Below, piece by piece: positions 57,910 to 64,000 of a DNA stretch of 64,000 nucleotides (within the stretch, counting starts at the first letter, position 1; every line of letters begins with the position of its first letter). Origin of the DNA: Saccostrea echinata (taxonomy: Eukaryota). A program made the translations under genes and the position numbers. The notes beneath the pieces were generated by a model. The model was not told the DNA's origin. It was given only the letters and a program-made list of their open reading frames with translations, and searched no databases. The stretch is from contig NW_026889759.1 in assembly GCF_033153115.1 (NCBI RefSeq), forward strand, positions 13,144,001 through 13,208,000, given 5' to 3'.

Positions 57910-60900
57910 CTAGCCAAACTAGTCATTCGATTTAAAAAAAAAACATTAACACGTAACTTTGCGAAAGTTCTTCGACTAAATTACCGAGTGTTAATTTTGA
58001 TTCATATAAGAGAAAACAAATATTTAAGAATATGGGAATAAAAGAAATGCTCTCTAGTCTAGATCTTTTTTGAAACCTTTTTTTAAGCATAAAATGGAAA
58101 AAAAGTGTGTGTATTCAATCAGTTCTTAAATTCAATTAAGAAAAAAAAAATTGACTAAGTTAATTTTGATTGGACAATTTGACAGGCATCACAATGTATG
58201 GCTCTGTATTGCAGCAGTGTGAAGTATGGTGCAATTCTACTTGCGCATATCCAAACTAGTAATTCGATTAAAAAAAAACAGCATCACGTAACTTTGCGAA
58301 AGTCCTTCGACTTAATTACTGATTGTTAATTTTGATTCATATCAAAGAAAACAAATATTTAAGAATGTGAGAATAAAAGAATTGCTCTCTAGTCTGTTTA
58401 TGAAACCGTTTTTTAAAGCATAAAAAAAAAGAGTGTGTGTATTCAATCAGTTTTATAAATTTAACACAATTTGGCAGGCTTCACAATGTATCGCACTGTA
58501 TTGCAGCAGTGTGAAGTATGGTGCAATTCTACTTGTATTTAAACAAGTACTTACAAGTCAATGTATTAGAAATATCCCCCACCATCCACCCTCCAAAGAC
58601 AGCTTTTATATACAATTTGTCCTTGTGATTGAATGTTTATTTGGAAATTTGCATAATGGAAGTTTTGTTTCAAAGTTCGATAACTCAAATTATGTCCCTT
58701 TGAACAACGTAGACAAAACGATCATTGATTTCTGCTTTATTTAATGTAAATGTTTAAGCAATGCTAACGAGTAACAGGCTTGTATACTATATATAAGAGG
58801 TTAGGGAGACATTCACAAATGACCATGTGTTAAAGTCTGAGTAAATAACGGTAATGTCGCGTGTAAAGGACTTAGTGTGAGCTTATCTCACTAAACAAGT
58901 ACTGCTAAGCAGTATTGAAAAGCGCCTTGATTGGTCTACAAAGTCATCGGCGCTTTGTTTGAGTCTCAAAATATTCACTCATCAGTCAAACAGGAAAGTT
59001 TATTTTTTTTCACTGTTTTGCCTAATAATAAAAATTGACCAAGTATGTTTTAATTAGACAGCACATCAAGCATCACAATGCAATGTATTGTGGGACATTT
59101 ATATTTTTATTTAACAGCAAAATTAATTAGCTTGCAATTAAAGAACTTCACTCGACACTCCAATTTTCCTCGGGATGTTTCGCATATATCCATATCAGTC
59201 TTTCAATTAAAAAGAAAAAACCCCAGCAAAAGTAACTGTTCTTTGATGAGAACTTAGCTCTAAGTACTGTTATCAGAATATATTCTGTTTATCCTTCCTG
59301 GTGCTTATCTGCATCACTCTCAAAATTTACACTCATCAGTCAAACATGAGATTTCTCTCTTTTTCAATCTTTCATATACCCAAACTAGGCGTTGCATAAA
59401 ATAATAAACAGCAATGAAAAAAATTGTCCAAAAATCCTTCAACATTATTACTGCATTGTTAATTTAGATTCATATGAAAGAGAAGAATCATATAAGAAAA
59501 TGTGAATGAAAATATTCCATCCAGTCTGTTTTTCAAAACTTTTTCAAAAATAAAAATATACTAGAAAATATGTTGATTTACACCTTTTTTTCAATACCAT
59601 AATGTAAAACAGAAATGGACTTCATGTTATTGGTTGACATTGTATTGTAGTGCAGTGCAATAAAATGCAGTTAAATTCTTATTATGGTAAACAGTATAAA
59701 TTCTCTTGCAAACAAAAAGATCCACTTATCAGTCAGAAAGAAGTGTTAATTTCTTTTGGATCTTTTGCGCATACCAAAACTAGTCATTCGATAAAAAAAA
59801 AAGGGCGTGTATCCAATCAGTTTTTCAATTCAATTAAGAAAAAAAAAATTGACTAAGTTGATTTTGTTTGGACAATTTGGCAGGCATCACAATGTATGGC
59901 ATTTTATTGCAGCAGTGTGCAGTATGGTGCAAATCTACTTGCGCATACCCAAACTAGTCATTCGATAAAAAAAACAGCAACACGTAACTTTGCGAAAGTC
60001 CTTCAACTTAATTACTGATTGTTAATTTTGATTCATATCAAAGAAAACAAATATTTAAGAATATGGGAATAAAAGAAATGCTCTCTAGTCTAGCTCTTTT
60101 TTTGAAACCTTTTTTTAAAAGCATAAAATGAAAAAAGTGTGTGTATCCAATCAGTTTTTCAATTCAATTAAGAAAAAAAAAAATTGACTAAGTTGATTTT
60201 GTTTGGACAATTTGGCAGGCATCACAATGTATGGCATTTTATTGCAGCAGTGTGCAGTATGGTGCAAATCTACTTGCGCATACCCAAACTAGTCATTTGA
60301 TAAAAAAAACAGCAACACGTAACTTTGCGAAAGTCCTTCAACTTAATTACTGATTGTTAATTTTGATTCATATCAAAGAAAACAAATATTTAAGAATATG
60401 GGAATCAAAGAAATGCTCTCTAGTCTAGCTCTTTTTTTGAAACCTTTTTTTAAAAGCATAAAATGAAAAAAGTGTGTGTATTCAATCAGTTTTTCAATTC
60501 AATTAAGAAAAAAAAAATTGACTAAGTTAATTTTGATTGGACAATTTGGCAGGCATCACAATGTATGGCATTTTATTGCAGCAGTGTGCAGTATGGTGCA
60601 AATCTACTTGCGCATACCCAAACTAGTCATTCGATTAAAAAAAACAGCAACACGTAACTTTGCGAAAGTCCTTCGACTTAATTACTGATTGTTAATTTTG
60701 ACTCATATCAAAGAAAACAAATATTTAAGAATGTGAGAATAAAAAAAAGAAATGCTCTCTAGTCTGTTTATGAAACCGTTTTTTAAAGCATAAAATGAAA
60801 AAAAAAAGTGTGTGTATTCAGTCAGTTTTATAAATTCAACACAATTTGGCAGGCTTCACAATGTATCGCACTGTATTGCAGCAGTGTGAAGTATGGTGCA

Positions 60901-63900
60901 ATTCTACTTGTATTTAAACAAGTACAATTATTTTACTTACAAGTCAATGTATTAGAAATATCCCCCACCATCCACCCTCCAAAGACAGCTTTTATATACA
61001 ATTTGTCCTTGTGATTGAATGTTTATTTGGAAATTTGCATAATGGAAGTTTTGTTTCAAAGTTCGATAACTCAAATTATGTCCCTTTGAACAACGTAGAC
61101 AAAACGATCATTGATTTCTGCTTTATTTAATGTAAATGTTTAAGCAATGCTAACGAGTAACAGGCTTGTATACTATATATAAGAGGTTAGGGAGACATTC
61201 ACAAATGACCATGTGTTAAATTCTGAGTAAATAACGGTAATGTCGCGTGTAAAGGACTTAGTGTGAGCTTATCTCACTAAACAAGTACTGCTAAGCAGTA
61301 TTGAAAAGCGTCTTGATTGGTCTACAAAGTCATCGGCGCTTTGTTTGAGTCTCAAAATATTCACTCATCAGTCAAACAGGAAAGTTTATTTTTTTTCACT
61401 GTTTTGCCTAATAATAAAAATTGACCAAGTATGTTTTAATTAGACAGCACATCAAGCATCACAATGCAATGTATTGTGGGACATTTATATTTTTATTTAA
61501 CAGCAAAATTAATTAGCTTGCAATTAAAGAACTTCACTCGACACTCCAATTTTCCTCGGGATGTTTCGCATATATCCATATCAGTCTTTCAATTAAAAAG
61601 AAAAAACCCCAGCAAAAGTAACTGTTCTTTGATGAGAACTTAGCTCTAAGTACTGTTATCAGAATATATTCTGTTTATCCTTCCTGGTGCTTATCTGCAT
61701 CACTCTCAAAATTTACACTCATCAGTCAAACATGAGATTTCTCTCTTTTTCAATCTTTCATATACCCAAACTAGGCGTTGCATAAAATAATAAACAGCAA
61801 TGAAAAAAATTGTCCAAAAATCCTTCAACATTATTACTGCATTGTTAATTTAGATTCATATGAAAGAGAAGAATCATATAAGAAAATGTGAATGAAAATA
61901 TTCCATCCAGTCTGTTTTTCAAAACTTTTTCAAAAATAAAAATATACTAGAAAATATGTTGATTTACACCTTTTTTTCAATACCATAATGTAAAACAGAA
62001 ATGGACTTCATGTTATTGGTTGACATTGTATTGTAGTGCAGTGCAATAAAATGCAGTTAAATTCTTATTATGGTAAACAGTATAAATTCTCTTGCAAACA
62101 AAAAGATCCACTTATCAGTCAGAAAGAAGTGTTAATTTCTTTTGGATCTTTTGCGCATACCAAAACTAGTCATTCGATAAAAAAAAAAAGGGCGTGTATC
62201 CAATCAGTTTTTCAATTCAATTAAGAAAAAAAAAATTGACTAAGTTGATTTTGTTTGGACAATTTGGCAGGCATCACAATGTATGGCATTTTATTGCAGC
62301 AGTGTGCAGTATGGTGCAAATCTACTTGCGCATACCCAAACTAGTCATTTGATAAAAAAAACAGCAACACGTAACTTTGCGAAAGTCCTTCAACTTAATT
62401 ACTGATTGTTAATTTTGACTCATATCAAAGAAAACAAATATTTAAGAATGTGAGAATAAAAAAAAGAAATGCTCTCTAGTCTAGCTCTTTTTTTGAAACC
62501 TTTTTTTAAAAGCATAAAATGAAAAAAGTGTGTGTATCCAATCAGTTTTTCAATTCAATTAAGAAAAAAAAAATTGACTAAGTTGATTTTGTTTGGACAA
62601 TTTGGCAGGCATCACAATGTATGGCATTTTATTGCAGCAGTGTGCAGTATGGTGCAAATCTACTTGCGCATACCCAAACTAGTCATTTGATAAAAAAAAC
62701 AGCAACACGTAACTTTGCGAAAGTCCTTCAACTTAATTACTGATTGTTAATTTTGACTCATATCAAAGAAAACAAATATTTAAGAATGTGAGAATAAAAA
62801 AAAGAAATGCTCTCTAGTCTGTTTATGAAACCGTTTTTTAAAGCATAAAATGAAAAAAAAAAGTGTGTGTATTCAGTCAGTTTTATAAATTCAGCACAAT
62901 TTGGCAGGCTTCACAATGTATCGCACTGTATTGCAGCAGTGTGAAGTATGGTGCAATTCTACTTGTATTTAAACATGTACAATTATTTTACTTACAAGTC
63001 AATGTATTAGAAATATTCCCCACCATCCACCCTCCAAAGACAGCTTTTATATACAATTTGTCCTTGTGATTGAATGTTTATTTGGAAATTTGCATAATGG
63101 AAGTTTTGTTTCAAAGTTCGATAACTCAAATTATGTCCCTTTGAACAACGTAGACAAAACGATCATTGATTTCTGCTTTATTTAATGTAAATGTTTAAGC
63201 AATGCTAACGAGTAACAGGCTTGTATACTATATATAAGAGGTTAGGGAGACATTCACAAATGACCATGTGTTAAAGTCTGAGTAAATAACGGTAATGTCG
63301 CGTGTAAAGGACTTAGTGTGAGCTTATCTCACTAAACAAGTACTGCTAAGCAGTATTGAAAAGCGTCTTGATTGGTCTACAAAGTCATCGGCGCTTTGTT
63401 TGAGTCTCAAAATATTCACTCATCAGTCAAACAGGAAAGTTTATTTTTTTTCACTGTTTTGCCTAATAATAAAAATTGACCAAGTATGTTTTAATTAGAC
63501 AGCACATCAAGCATCACAATGCAATGTATTGTGGGACATTTATATTTTTATTTAACAGCAAAATTAATTAGCTTGCAATTAAAGAACTTCACTCGACACT
63601 CCAATTTTCCTCGGGATGTTTCGCATATATCCATATCAGTCTTTCAATTAAAAAGAAAAAAACCCAGCAAAAGTAACTGTTCTTTGATGAGAACTTAGCT
63701 CTAAGTACTGTTATCAGAATATATTCTGTTTATCCTTCCTGGTGCTTATCTGCATCACTCTCAAAATTTACACTCATCAGTCAAACATGAGATTTCTCTC
63801 TTTTTCAATCTTTCATATACCCAAACTAGGCGTTGCATAAAATAATAAACAGCAATGAAAAAAATTGTCCAAAAATCCTTCAACATTATTACTGCATTGT

Positions 63901-64000
63901 TAATTTAGATTCATATGAAAGAGAAGAATCATATAAGAAAATGTGAATGAAAATATTCCATCCAGTCTGTTTTTCAAAACTTTTTCAAAAATAAAAATAT
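57908..64000. repeat. Higher-order tandem repeat: ~1375-bp block A plus a variable number of ~335-bp monomers B; runs off the window
   Basis: A starts at 58437, 60812, 62867; B starts at 58109, 59807, 60141, 60476, 62194, 62532; A blocks near-identical. Confidence 0.93.

Noticed and set aside
58433-63069. Repeated ORFs MCVF(N/S)QFYKF.. and MQCNKMQLNS..
   Set aside because: By-products of the tandem repeat; frames differ between copies, no ATG start for several, no domain similarity.

Overview
AT-rich, intron-rich animal genomic DNA, most likely a bivalve and probably an oyster (it carries Cg170/HindIII-like 166-bp satellite monomers inside Helentron-type HINE elements). Bases 9-44893 (minus strand) hold the 5' ~three quarters of one laminin alpha-1/2-type (wing-blister/LAMA1-2 class) gene. 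I traced 47 GT-AG exons by hand with consistent phases (6938 nt, ~2312 codons): signal peptide, LN, LE1-4, L4a, LE array, L4b, LE, coiled coil, start of LG1. The gene continues beyond base 1. Its introns hold many MITEs and HINEs. Upstream lies a stack of transposons (HINE, 5'-truncated CR1/L2-group LINE, tRNA-SINEs, decayed mariner, piggyBac-like end), and from ~57.9 kb a higher-order tandem repeat runs off the window. The most unusual observations are: repeated tandem duplication of an exon 3' end with its splice donor (exon 24, four intact donors, one in frame; a separate event at exon 31); a chain of three AUGA stop-start-overlapping upstream ORFs leading into the laminin start codon; inverted MITEs bracketing exons 36-37; and the variable higher-order satellite. 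No clearly new protein-coding system was found.
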